Positions 14,119 to 26,125 of a stretch of DNA of 64,000 nucleotides are shown here, in pieces. Both the position numbers and the translations under genes were made by a program. Numbering within the stretch: the first letter of the stretch is position 1; each line of letters starts with the position of its first letter. Below the pieces are notes generated by a model. It had not been told where the DNA came from, ran no database searches, and saw only the letters and a list, made by a program, of their open reading frames with translations. Source of the stretch: Eledone cirrhosa (Eukaryota); NCBI GenBank assembly GCA_964016885.1, contig OZ024752.1, forward strand, positions 4,898,001 to 4,962,000, read 5' to 3'.

Positions 14119-14817
14119 ATATATGATCTGTCGGTTAACTACCTTTTCCAGCCTGTAGTGTTCGAGATGTTTGGGGGGAGTTGGGCCGCTAACTGCTAGG
14201 TTCTTGTCTTCACTGGCGGCTTGCCTAGCTCAGGTAACTGGTGTTGCTCGTGAAAGCATTTGGCTGTTCCAATGCATCAGCCTACTTTTGACTTTGCCTC
14301 AAAAATTATTAGAGAGGTTTTCCAGTGCTCCTTGCAATTTCGTTATCTTTTTGGCAGTAATTTGTTTGTCCACCCCTTTTTGTTGCCTGCCTTTTATGGT
14401 ATGTGGTCCTAGATGTATGTATTATCTGCTTGTGTGTATTTTTTATTTTTTCATTTCCCTTTTCTTTCTTTTTTTCTCTTTTTATTTGTAATATTATGAG
14501 AACAGTTATGTTGACAAATAAATATAAAAATACATTGTACCCAACTGTCTAATATTTTTACCAATTCACCACCTTGGTGAGAGATGGGTAGGGCAGGAGA
14601 AACAGAGGTGATGACTGGGAGTTTTGGACCTGGTGTACATGTGTGTGTAATTTTACACTATCGACCCTTTTTTTACCCTTTTGTTTCATTTGAAAATGTA
14701 TTTCAACTGGTTTTTATTGACCAACAGAATTGATAAATATGAATTAAATTGATACGGAAAGTATATAATATAAATCTCTACATATGTCTTATGTCTTTCA
14801 CTTTCTTATGTTTTCAG

Positions 14818-14977
14818 AATCTAATGTTTCCAAATCGAGATTATGGTCGGTTTTCAGTGGATGTGAATGGAACTCTACATATTCGACAAGTGCGTTTTGA
14901 GGATGCTGGCGAGTATACATGTCATGCATATAATGCAGCTGGTAGTAAAGATAAGAAAGTTCATATAACAGTCCGAG
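14818..14977 (+). CDS. robo: Robo-like exon (second half of the Ig domain)
   Basis: ttttcag acceptor and gtaag donor; NLMFPNRDYGRFSVDVNGTLHIRQVRFEDAGEYTCHAYNAAGSKDKKVHITVR contains the DxGxYxC motif; 160 bp, phase 0 to 1. Confidence 0.92.
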
Positions 14978-15029
14978 GTAAGGGCAGAACTTATGTGCAT
15001 TTATCACTATACATCATTATCATCATCAA

Positions 15030-15220
15030 GGGCGGTGGATTGGGAGAATCAGTAGAGCGTCGGACACCATGCTTTGATGTATAGAGTTACGGCCCTTGCT
15101 ATTCTGAGTTCAAATCCCGCCGAGGATAACTTTGCTTTTCATCCTTACGGGGGTCGATAAAATAAAGTACCAGTAATGCACTGGGTATTTGCTGGCCTTG
15201 TGCCAAACGTCGAAACAATT
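15030..15220 (+). mobile_element. tRNA-derived SINE, family 2
   Basis: B box GAGTTCAAATCC and central GCCTTTCATCCTTACGGGGTCGATAAAATAAAGTACC. Other copies at ~9793-9985 -, 28126-28315 +, 30685-30820 +, 42265-42470 -, 46343-46530 -, 46728-46940 -, 48380-48565 +. Confidence 0.88.
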
Positions 15221-15387
15221 ATCATCATCATCATTTCTATATATATGTGTAAGAGTGAATGTAAGCATGGATATGCTTACGTACATGAACACACTTCACA
15301 TGCATGTACACCTCACACATTCTGATATATCTATATAATATATATCTATATAATAATAAAATGTGGAGAGGAGGCACACAAGTTAGG

Positions 15388-15943
15388 ATATATATATGAA
15401 AACAGGGAGAAAGAGACGATTATGAGGAAGAAAAATATACATTTTTTCTTTTTCATTTTTTTGTCTCTCTCTTTTTTTTCTGGGTAAGAAAATGATTAAA
15501 ACGAAATGTTTTACTTTGTGTGAAGTGTTAAGGTATTAGTTGATTTATTTATTTTTTACGTTCCACATTATGCACGTTTTTTTTTCCTTTTTCTTTTTTC
15601 TTTTCACTTCTTAAACCTTGTTTGTATATAACATTATTCTTTCTGCACATTCTGTTTAACATGTGCGACACCACACTAATACATTTCACTATCATTTGAT
15701 AATGCATATAAATGCAGAAACCGGTAATAGACAATTATTAAATATATAAATAAATAAATGCCATTGTTAAATAATAAATAAATCAACTAATACCTTAACA
15801 CTTCACACAAAGTAAAACATTTCGTTTTAATCATTTTCTAACCCAGAAAAAAGAGAGAGAGAGACAAAAAAAAGGGAAAAAAATATATATATATATTTTT
15901 CTTCCTTATTATCGTCTCTTTCTCCCTGTTTTCATATATATAT
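15388..15943 (+). mobile_element. Fold-back element with an internal U3-A8 hammerhead motif
   Basis: Arms ~15388-15553 and ~15773-15943. At 15696-15726: TTGATAA-TGCAT-ATAA-ATGCA-GAAA-CCGG-TA. TA repeats at both ends. Confidence 0.75.
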
Positions 15944-16034
15944 GTAAAAGATAAACAGGAATAACAAAAATATCAAAACAAATTGCACAGTACAGGAATA
16001 TATTTGTTTAATGCTTGAAATAGCAGGAAGAATG

Positions 16035-16070
16035 TCTTAACGTTTTGGACGCTAGTCCTTCATCAGAAGA
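16035..16070 (-). ncRNA. Decayed minimal hammerhead (relative at 61432-61467 +)
   Basis: TCTT-CTGATGA-A-GGAC-TAGC-GTCC-(A)AAA-CG-TT-AAGA; the G-to-A change falls at a CpG. Confidence 0.6.
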
Positions 16071-16259
16071 AAGAATAAGAAATTAAAAAAGAAATAGAAA
16101 GATTGAGGAAACAGGCAGGGGAAAATGAATATATATATATATATACACATGTGAATATATATATATGTACATATAATAAGTATAATTTGAGTTTTTCGAA
16201 TATTATTATTAATATTAAAAAAACTCTGGTTGCGCTTATTGTATTCAGCCATGTAGAGT

Positions 16260-16921
16260 AATAAACTGATGAAATCTGTGGCTGGAGCAGACCATTAGGC
16301 AGGAGGAGAGTGACAAGGTGGTGGAACAGTAAGGTGGAGGAGTCCATCAAGGGCAAAAAGCAGGAGGCTTGGAGAAAATGGGAGGATAGGGGTAGTAGAG
16401 ACTCTATTGGTTGGCTAGGAAAGAAGTTAGACAACAAGTATACTTTGCAAAGAGGGAAGTAAGTTCAAGCATGTTCTACAACGCGAGGACCAAAAACGTG
16501 AGGTGTTCAGGATTGCAAGACAATGTGTCAGGGAAAACCGTGATATTGTCGGGGAGAAGTGTGTCCATAATGATGATGGTGTACTTGCCCTCACTGATAC
16601 CGATAAGAAGGTAGCTTGGAAGTGTCACTACGAGAGACTATTAAATGAGAATAAATGGGATAAAGATAATCTGCCCCACATCGATGCAATAGAGGGACCA
16701 GCAGTGCAAGTTAATGGTAGTATAATAAGTAAGGCAATCAGAGATATGAAAACAGGCAAGGCGGCTGGGCCTTCAGAGATAGTTGCTGAAATGTTGAAGG
16801 CATCTGGAATGATGGGACATACTATGGTGACGCGGATAGTAAACCAAATAATACAGTATGTGGTCATACCAAATGACTAGCATAGCAACATCATCGTCAA
16901 CTGTTAGAAGGGCAAAGGAGA
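16260..16921 (+). mobile_element. RTE LINE fragment (region just upstream of RT)
   Basis: ...WKCHYERLLNE...AIRDMKTGKAAGPSEIVAEMLK...IPND*...KGKGD, with stops and frameshifts. Confidence 0.85.
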
Positions 16922-16943
16922 TGTATGTGAATATATATATACA

Positions 16944-16986
<43 letters not shown>

Positions 16987-17157
16987 TAATATATGTGTGT
17001 GTGTGTGAATATGTGTGTATATATATATGTGTATATATATATGTGTGTATATATATATGTGTATATGTATAAATGTATATATATATATATGTATATATGT
17101 ATATATATATGTGTACATGTATATATATATATGTATATATATATGTGTACATATATA

Positions 17158-17192
<35 letters not shown>

Positions 17193-17282
17193 CTATATGT
17201 ATATATGTGTATATATATATGTATATATATATATATATGTATATATATATGTATGTATATATATATGTATATATATGTATAA

Positions 17283-17581
17283 ACAATATGCCCCCCCCCC
17301 CCCCCCACCGCAAGGTGGTCGTGGAGGTGCCACGGCAAAAAAGCACCCAGCCCGCACTGTAAAGTGGACGTGTAGGCGCCACGAAAAAGCACCCAGCACT
17401 CACTGTAAATGAGGTTGGTGTTAGGAAGGGCATCCAGCTGTAGAAATCAAGCCAGATCAGTTCCTGTATGAGCAAGGCATGGTCAGCCGACCAGACACTG
17501 CCCACAACAGGACAACCCGTCTAACCCATGCTAGCGTGGAAGAACGGACGTAAAACGGTGATGATGATGATGATGATGATG
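17283..17581 (+). mobile_element. RTE-type 3' UTR/tail
   Basis: GGTTGGTGTTAGGAAGGGCATCCAGC...CCATGCTAGCGTGGAA...(GAT)n, the same tail that follows the RTE ORF remnants at ~33200-33460 and ~58270-58560. Confidence 0.75.
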
Positions 17582-17830
17582 TATATATATATGTATGTAT
17601 ATATATATGTATATATATGTATATATATGTATATATATGTATATATGTATGTATGTATTAATATAAATTACATAATAATCAAAGCTATGAGCAAACCATT
17701 TTATTGCTGACATCGGAGAACTAGCAATGTTTGTACATGTAATTAACCTCCTATTCAACTGAACAATCATATAGATACATGGATATTAATGTTGTCAACA
17801 ACAGTTTCGTATTTACAGTGTGGATGTATG

Positions 17831-17863
<33 letters not shown>

Positions 17864-17938
17864 GTATATATATATGTGTATATGTATATATATGTATATA
17901 TATATGTATATATGTATGCATATATATATATATATGTA

Positions 17939-18868
17939 CAGGGTGTGGACGATATTTGTTCGCAAGATTACTGTCTAGGAAAATATAACACAGTAGTTTT
18001 ATTTTTTAAGATATATTTGTCAAACTTGGGTCAGTTTGTCTTCATGACTTGTTCTTTCGATCTCACTCGATAAACCCGCCATTGGCTTTGATGTAGCTAT
18101 CGGTGTTCAGCTTGAGGCCCTCAGGGAAGAAGTGAGGTCGCATGATGTCACCTTGACTGCTGACGACACCTAAGACCAATGTTGTCGCTGGAAACTTTGT
18201 CTGCATAACTCTGAGCACATCTTTGGATGAGACAGCGAGCCACCTGTTGTTCTGGGAGTTGATTTTCTGGTCTTGGCAGAAGTTTTTCTCGTCGGTGGGT
18301 GTTTCAACTTGTTGATCAGCTTCTTTGCGTGCTTCAGTTGCTTTTCTTGCATCGCCTTTGACAGAAATTGTCCTTTCCTCATCTTGTATGAAACGTAATG
18401 AATGTCTTCATGTACCACCAGCCTAATGAGCTTTTCACCCATGCCTTTCTCCCTTGCAATGGCACGCATCGACTTGCTAGGTTTATTGTTGATGATATCC
18501 TGAACTTCAGCGATGAACTCGGGCGTTCTGAAGGCGTCAGATCGTCGATCATGTGTTTTCCTCTCTGATGTTGCTTCGTAGTTGAATCCTGAATCTTCCA
18601 ATTCCTTTCTGACCTTTTCCACCATTCTTCTGTTGACGCTGAGAAAGTCTGAAATTTCCTTATTTGTCCACTCGGCACGGATTCCAAGAAGAACTCTGTG
18701 TCTCTTCCACAAATTTGGAGGTTCAAAATTATTCATAATCAATTATTCTGAAAATAAATAATGGAAATATAGTCACTTTTTTTATGAAGACAAGAGTGAC
18801 AATGGAAGTAAAAAAATTTGCATAAAATTAGCAATTGAAAATTGTGAACAAATGTCGTCCACACCCTG
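17939..18868 (-). mobile_element. Internally deleted Tc1/mariner transposon (maT/DD37D-like)
   Basis: TIRs CAGGGTGTGGACGA(T/C)ATTTGTTC(G/A)CAA with TA on both sides. The transposase remnant has an HTH region, then DEKNF...QNNRW...PHFFPEGLK after a frameshift, and C-terminal GGFIE. Confidence 0.9.
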
Positions 18869-19048
18869 TATATATGTTTATATATATATGTATATATATA
18901 TGTATATATATGTATGTATATATATATATGTATATATATGTACATATATGTATATATATGTATATACATGTATATATATATATGTATATATATGTATATA
19001 TATATGTATATATATATGTATATATATATGTATATATATATGTATATG

Positions 19049-19106
<58 letters not shown>

Positions 19107-19286
19107 TATGTCTATATGTATATATATATGTATATATATATATGTGTATATATATGTATATATATATATGTATATATATATGTATATATATATATGTATA
19201 TATATATGTATATATATATATGTATATATATATATGTATATATATATATGTATATATGTATATGTATATATGTATATATATATATG

Positions 19287-19333
<47 letters not shown>

Positions 19334-19346
19334 GTATATATATATG

Positions 19347-19395
<49 letters not shown>

Positions 19396-19408
19396 GTATA
19401 TATATATG

Positions 19409-19443
<35 letters not shown>

Positions 19444-19474
19444 GTATATATATATGTATTTATGTATATATATG

Positions 19475-19510
<36 letters not shown>

Positions 19511-19556
19511 TGTATTTATATATATATATGTATATATATATATATGTATATGTATT

Positions 19557-19617
<61 letters not shown>

Positions 19618-19636
19618 GTATTTATATATATATATG

Positions 19637-19677
<41 letters not shown>

Positions 19678-19730
19678 GTATTTATGTATATATATGTATA
19701 TATATATGTATAGATATATATATATATGTA
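18869..19730. repeat. (TA)n/(TATATG)n compound microsatellite
   Basis: About 860 bp of interrupted TA repeats. Confidence 0.95.
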
Positions 19731-20261
19731 TAAATGTAAGTATGTGTACGTACATACATATATGTATACAGACGTACAGTAGTATGTATATATATACATA
19801 CATGCACACATATATATATATGTACGTATGGGTTTACCAAACATTTATTATAATGTTTGGTGTGTTTGTAAACAAACAGCCCGAATTAAGCCATACAGTG
19901 TCCCGCAACCATTGTCGCCTTTTTGTTCAACACTGACACAGGAACGATGTACTAGTTTCAAGCTTATTAGCTATCGTCAGCATCGTATACCTTCCTGTCA
20001 GATGATTGAACGTTTGAAAGTATATACTTTCCCTATGCATATTAATGGCTGAGCAGCCTAATTTGCATACCGAGTGAGTTAGTCAGCCGGGCGTACCGAA
20101 AATGATAAATGGAAGAGAATGAAATGAAATTTCGTTTCTCACTCTTAGTACAGCTGATACCTAAATATAAGTATGTATACGTACATACATATATGTATAC
20201 AGACGTACAATAGTATGTATATATATACATACATGCACACATATATATATATGTACGTATG
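19731..20261 (-). mobile_element. 431-nt retrozyme-like unit with ~100-nt terminal redundancy
   Basis: 19731-19830 is repeated at 20162-20261 (offset 431); contains one hammerhead. Confidence 0.75.
19944..19986 (-). ncRNA. Minimal type I hammerhead ribozyme motif
   Basis: ACGATG-CTGACGA-T-AGCT-AATA-AGCT-T-GAAA-CTAG-TA-CATCGT: 6-bp stem I, intact core, palindromic stem III, GUA site. Confidence 0.85.
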
Positions 20262-20478
20262 TCGCTACTTTAAAACAATAGCGTATGGTCTTCAAAATGC
20301 TTTTAATTAAGCGTACAGTTTATTGCAAAATATAGTATATATACATTCACATATATATATATCACTATTTCAGAGCACTAATTCTAATTTTCAATTTCTG
20401 CTGGACCGGCGACCGCTCTGTAAAACCAGTTCCTGATTGTTACTGGAATTCTATAAGAATCCAACACACATAATTTTT

Positions 20479-20559
20479 GGCAGACGGGGAGAATAGTGAG
20501 TTTTGATAAGTACCAAATAGTACAAAACAGCGCTGTCAACTTATTTCCCCCTGTCTGCC
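20479..20559 (+). ncRNA. U3-A8 hammerhead motif inside a ~305-nt terminally redundant unit (20262-20587)
   Basis: GGCAGACGGGG...AGTT-TTGATAA-GTAC-CAAATA-GTAC-(A)AAA-CAGCGCTG-TC-AACT...CCCCTGTCTGCC; G12 is lost at a CpG. CTACTTTAAAACAATAGC occurs at 20265 and 20570. Confidence 0.75.
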
Positions 20560-20589
20560 GATAATGTCTCTACTTTAAAACAATAGCAT

Positions 20590-22110
20590 GGGTGTTGTGG
20601 TACCAACATAACTTTACAGTGAAAAGGTTGGTATTGATTGGGGTGGGGGAGTTGGGGTAGTGGGATGGGGGTGTATATTTGATTAAGAGGTGCCTACTGA
20701 CTGTATGTTTCGCTTTGTACTTAGACAAGGCGGGTTTTCTGTATTACTGCGTAGCGCCAAAGATCTCGGTCCAGTAACATTGTCTTAGAGAGGTGTGAGT
20801 GTGTAAGGTCGGAATTTATCAAATCATCCCAGGTTTTTCTGGGTCTGCCTAGTCCGTAACTTCCGTCAATTTAGATCGCCCTGCACTTTTTTATACAGTT
20901 GTCATCTTTCATGCGCATCACATGACCATACCAACGTAGTTTTCTCTCAAGTAAACAGCATCTGATCCCTCTTATACCTAATTTCTCACTTAGTCCATTT
21001 ATGGTTTGCTGTTCACGTATATTACTATTACACATCCAGCGGAGCATGCATGCTTCGTTCCTCTCCAGTCTGCGCAGATCCTCTGCACGCAATGCCCATG
21101 TCTCACTGCCATGTAACATTGCTGTTCGTATGCAGGCATCATACAGCCTGCCTTTCATTTTTAGAGAGAACCCTTTAGCGGCCAATAGTGGTATAAGCTC
21201 TCTGAACTTTTTCCATCCCGTTCTGACTCTAGCTACTGTACTTTCAGAGCACCCTCCACCACTGCTCATTCTATCACCCAGGTAATGGAAGGTGTCCACT
21301 ATTTCTATAGAGCCATCTGGGCAATAGAAGGAGCTAGTGTCCTGAGGGCACTTGCTACTTATTGCACCTGAGCACCGGCCACATATAAAGTCTACGTTCT
21401 TAGATAGCTTATCTGTGATTCCACTACATCTTTTATGCACCCATACTTTGCATTTGGGACATAAAATGGAATTTCTGCCTACTCCTTTCCTACACACTGA
21501 GCATGGCCATTTCCCAGAGGCTACCTGTGTCCTATTTTCCTTCCTACATACTAGAACTTTAGTCTTAGACAAGTTAACTTTAAGGCCTTTTGATTCTAGG
21601 CCATGCTTCCATGTTTGGAATTTCTTCTCTAGTTCAGCCATCGATTAAGCTATGAGCGTTAGATCATCTGCGTATAGGAGTTCCCATGGGCAGCCTGTCT
21701 TGAACTCCACTGTTATAGCCTGAAGGGCAATAATAAATAGTAGGGGGCTGAGAACAGAGCCCTGATGAACACCAACTTTTACACTAAACTCTTCACTATA
21801 TTCGTTGTTAATTCTAACCTTGCTGACTGTTTCTTTATACATAGCTCGTATAGCTCTCACAAGCCATTCATCAACCCTTAGTTTTCTAAGGGCCCACCAG
21901 ATAATGGTGCGGGGGACTCTGTCAAATGCTTTCTCCAAGTCAACAAAAGCTAAGTATAGGGGTTTACTTTTAGCTAGGTACCTCTCCTGTAGTTTGATGT
22001 ACAAGGAAAACGGTGTCTGTGTACTTTTACCTGACACAAACCCAAACTGCATTTTGTCTAGATCAATTTGCTCTTTGATTAGTTGCGCTATAACTTTTTC
22101 TGTGTTTACT
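20590..22110 (-). mobile_element. RTE LINE RT fragment with a PHD-like Cys/His insert
   Basis: QFGF...[12 protein letters not shown]...[13 protein letters not shown]...LLYADDL; CSVC..CPKC..H..C..CGRC; MLHGSETW...LRWYGHV. Confidence 0.92.
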
Positions 22111-22330
22111 GTAAGATTATATATATATATATATGTGTATATAGTGTATATATATATATATGTGTGTGTGTGTGCGTGTATATTTATATATATATATATG
22201 TATACATACATATATATATATGTATATGTGTATATATATGTATATATATGTATATGTATATATATATGTATATATATGTATATGTATATATATATGTACA
22301 TACATATATATATATAGATATATATATATA

Positions 22331-22492
22331 TTTATTAAAATAACAGATTAAAGTTTAAGCAAAGAATCGCTGCTTTCACCCTTAACGGGATCTTCTGAAA
22401 CAAATATTTGCTCTACGGTTCTTATATATTTGATATATATTTATCCTTATCGAGCCCTCTTTGGATTTTAGTCTTCAAATTTATTATTACTA
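22331..22492 (+). mobile_element. Short TA-inserted element with a 5' inversion and hammerhead-like motif (copies 53635-53778, 63104-63222)
   Basis: Shared 3' end ...GTCTTCA(A/C)ATTTATTATTACTA|TATA. The - strand at 22353-22401 reads GTTT-CAGAAGA-T-CCC-GTTAA-GGG-T-GAAA-GCAG..TTGC-TT-AAAC. Confidence 0.7.
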
Positions 22493-22524
22493 TATATATA
22501 TATGTGTGTGTGTCTGTATATATA

Positions 22525-22761
<237 letters not shown>

Positions 22762-23865
22762 AGGCACATGGCTTAGTGGTTAGAGCATTGGCCTTGCAAT
22801 CGAAAGGTTGTGAGTTCAATTCTCAGACCGGGTGATGTGTTGTTTCCTTGAGCAAGACACTTTATTTCACATTGCTCCAGTTTACTCAGCTGTAGAAATG
22901 AGATGATAGGGACTGGGGTCCCTATCATTCCACTGCAAAGTGGTCGTGTAGGTGCCACGGAAAAAAAGCACCCAGCACTCACTGTAAATGAGGTTGGTGT
23001 TAGGAAGGGGATCCAGCTGTAGAAATCAAGCCAGAATCATTTCCCGTCCCACCCTTGCAAACAGAGAAAAAGCGGACGTAAAATGAAATGATGATGATGA
23101 TGAATGATGTATATAATGTATATATATATATATGTATATACATATATATGTGTATATATGTATATATATATGTGTGTATATCATCATCATCATCAGGTTT
23201 AGCGTCCGTGTTCCACGCTTGCATGGGTGTGTATATATGTATATTTATGTATATATGTGTATATATATATATGTGTATATATATATATGTGTATATATAT
23301 ATATATGTGTATATATGTATATATGTATATATGTATATATATATATATTTATATATATCATCATTTTATGTCCGCTTTTCCCTGCTTGCTAGTGTGGGAC
23401 AGTTGTTGTTGTTGTGCGATTGCTTGATGACAGTCTGGGAGTTCTGTCAGATGGCCGCACCAGCCTCCCCACTACCGGTACGCAGCCCTAACATGGTCGG
23501 TGTCATAGTCATACATTGACATTTTCTATTTTCATTGAGTTATACTGGAAGAGGAAATGCATTATGAAGATGGCGTCTTCATAAAACAATGAAATTAAAG
23601 AAGCAGTGTCTTCACTCAACTTTGTCATGTTTGAGGTATACAGATGTGTGTGTGTGACTGTGTGTGTTTGTCTGATACTGTATGTGAGTCTGGTTGAATG
23701 GAAGTGCTGATGATACAGGTGAATGGAATAACTCAGTGCACTTAATCCAAGACATTGTATTTATACACTAAGAGAAAGAACTGTATCTTGGAAATGCATT
23801 AAGAAGTAGTATGAAGCAGGTTATACCACTGGTGTTGAGATATTAGCAATGATGATATATATATA

Positions 23866-23909
<44 letters not shown>

Positions 23910-24067
23910 ATACAAAGAAATACACAGACACATGTGAATACATACATATACATGCATATACCCACATATATCCCTGAATTTGTGTGGTGCCAACCTTAAC
24001 CGTTGTTGCTCTATGAATAATAGGGACAAAATAATCTGAATGGATTAGATGATTCAATATCAGAGCT

Positions 24068-24533
24068 ATATAATACATTATAAAGAAAGAAGAAACATTA
24101 GATATAAATAAAAAGATATAATATACCTAAATTCCTCCATTATCCTCGACTACGTAGTTTCGTGGCTATTATGCAAAAACATTACATCATAGAGATGCAG
24201 TATTTTTGTGAGGTTTGCCGACTTATCAACAGAATACCTCATTTAGAGTTTCAAAACACGTCCGTAGGACGCGAGATAGAATCTTGAAATGTGGAGGGGG
24301 AACTTATCACATGATACAGCGGTCAAGAAACAGAGCTAAGCCTGTTTTGAAACTCTAAATGAGGTATCCTCTTGATAAGTCGGCAAACCTCACAAAAATA
24401 CTGCATCTCTATGATGTAATGTTTTTGCATAATAGCCACGAAACTACGTAGCCGAGGATAATGAAGGAATTTAGGTATATTATATCTTTTTATTCATATC
24501 TAATGTTTCTTCTTTCTTTATAATGTATTATAT
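24068..24533. mobile_element. Fold-back element with a U3-A8 hammerhead in each arm
   Basis: Arms ~24068-24258 and ~24343-24533. Consensus TATCCTC-TTGATAA-GTCGGC...GCCAC-GAAA-CTACGTAG-TC-GAGGATA at 24365-24460 + and 24141-24236 -. Confidence 0.82.
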
Positions 24534-25789
24534 GTGTTGTTTCCCTGAGTAAGACACTTTATTTCACATTGCTCCAGTTTACTCAGTTGTAGAAATGAGA
24601 TGATAGGGACTGGAGTCCCTATCAATCCATTGTAAAGTGGACGTGTAGGTGCCATGGAAAAAAAAGCACCCAGCACTCACTGTAAATGAGGTTGGTGTTA
24701 GGAAGGGCATCCAGCTGTAGAAATCATGCCAGAATCAGTTCCTGTCCCACCCTTGCAAGCAGGGAGAAGCGGACGTAAAATGAAATGATGATATATATAA
24801 GGCAGTGAAACAGCAGTTGTTTAGATGTCGGATAGAATGTTTTACGATATTCGTCCCACCTCATTGCGCGCTCTGAGTGCAAATCCTGCAAGTGGTCAAC
24901 TTTGCCTTTCATCCTTTTGAGGTTGATAAAAAGGTACCAGTCCAGTTCTGGGGTCGTATCTTCCTTTATAGAAAAAATTGGCTGTGTTTAGACCTGGAGA
25001 GTGTTGGACTCTGCCAGGTTTAATAGTGCCCTAGATATGCCTTAAGACACACCTCTGCGACTCCACAAGGAGTTATGGGCTTTTAAATATACATATAGAG
25101 ATCAGATGTGCTGCAAATGAACTTACAAACTCAGGCTAAAATCTAAAATTTGTTATGATTAAGAATTGAATCGGAGTAATATGAAAAATAATTTTTCCAT
25201 TTCAACAACTGGAATTGTTAAATTTGTAGTGATTGGAATATTAATGAAGCTTAAATGAGAAAGAAAAAAAACTATTCTGAAGGAAAAAAATATCCCCCAC
25301 TCCACTAAATATCAATTTAAAACTAACAAGCAATTGTATGATGAAAATGTTTCAATACTTGGTATAAATTATATTTCTCAATTTTAGTTTGGTTTTAAAC
25401 ATTGCCCAAGGCAAACTGGATTATAATAAATTCTTGTTTTAGCCAGCCTACCTATGAAATAGCAACTATTTCTCTTCATTGTTAAGTCATCAGTTTTTCA
25501 AGAACCGATTATCCAGTTTATATAATTTATTTTTTCTTTGCTTGCCAAGTTATTAATTAACTGTCCTGAAATTAGACACCAAGTAAAAAATGTTAACCAC
25601 TACTATACCAAGTAGTGTTCTACTTACTAAAATGTTTTTTCTATGTCTATATGTCTATATATGAATAGCAAAGTTTAAACACTTACTGAAGAAATATGTG
25701 TCACATTCTTGAAAAACATAGCATTGAAATTATTCTGTTTTAGATATGTGTTTATAAAATAATCTAAAAATATTTTCCCTGACCTAATA

Positions 25790-26125
25790 TGTGCAAGTGC
25801 TTGGCCTAGTGGTAAGGGTGTTGACTTGATCATAATGCCATAGGTTTGATTCCCGGACTGGGTTGTGTGTTGTGTTCTTGAGCAAAACACTTCTTTTCAT
25901 GTTGCTCCAGTATACTCAACTGAAAATGAGTACTAACAATAGCTGGGGATTTAACCCTCCAAGGGATTGGTGTTCTGTCCTGAGGGGAATCTTGTACTCT
26001 CAGTTGTTTCACACCACAAAACTAGGATAAGCACTGGTCTGACTAGCTTGAGACAGACTTTAGACACACCATGAAACCAGGATAAGCACCGGTCTAATGA
26101 ACCTTCTAGCTTAAGACAGACTTTA
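25790..26125 (+). mobile_element. tRNA-derived SINE, family 3 (copies ~52845-53120 -, ~54030-54158 -)
   Basis: A box TGGCCTAGTGG, B box GGTTTGATTCC, TTCTTGAGCAAAACACTT body, AGACAGACTTT tail. Confidence 0.78.

Noticed and set aside
24068-24533. Fold-backs as MITEs with long TIRs
   Set aside because: The arms are often asymmetric with a unique tail, contain hammerhead motifs, and in one case enclose a GIY-YIG ORF rather than a transposase. A MITE origin is not excluded for every case.
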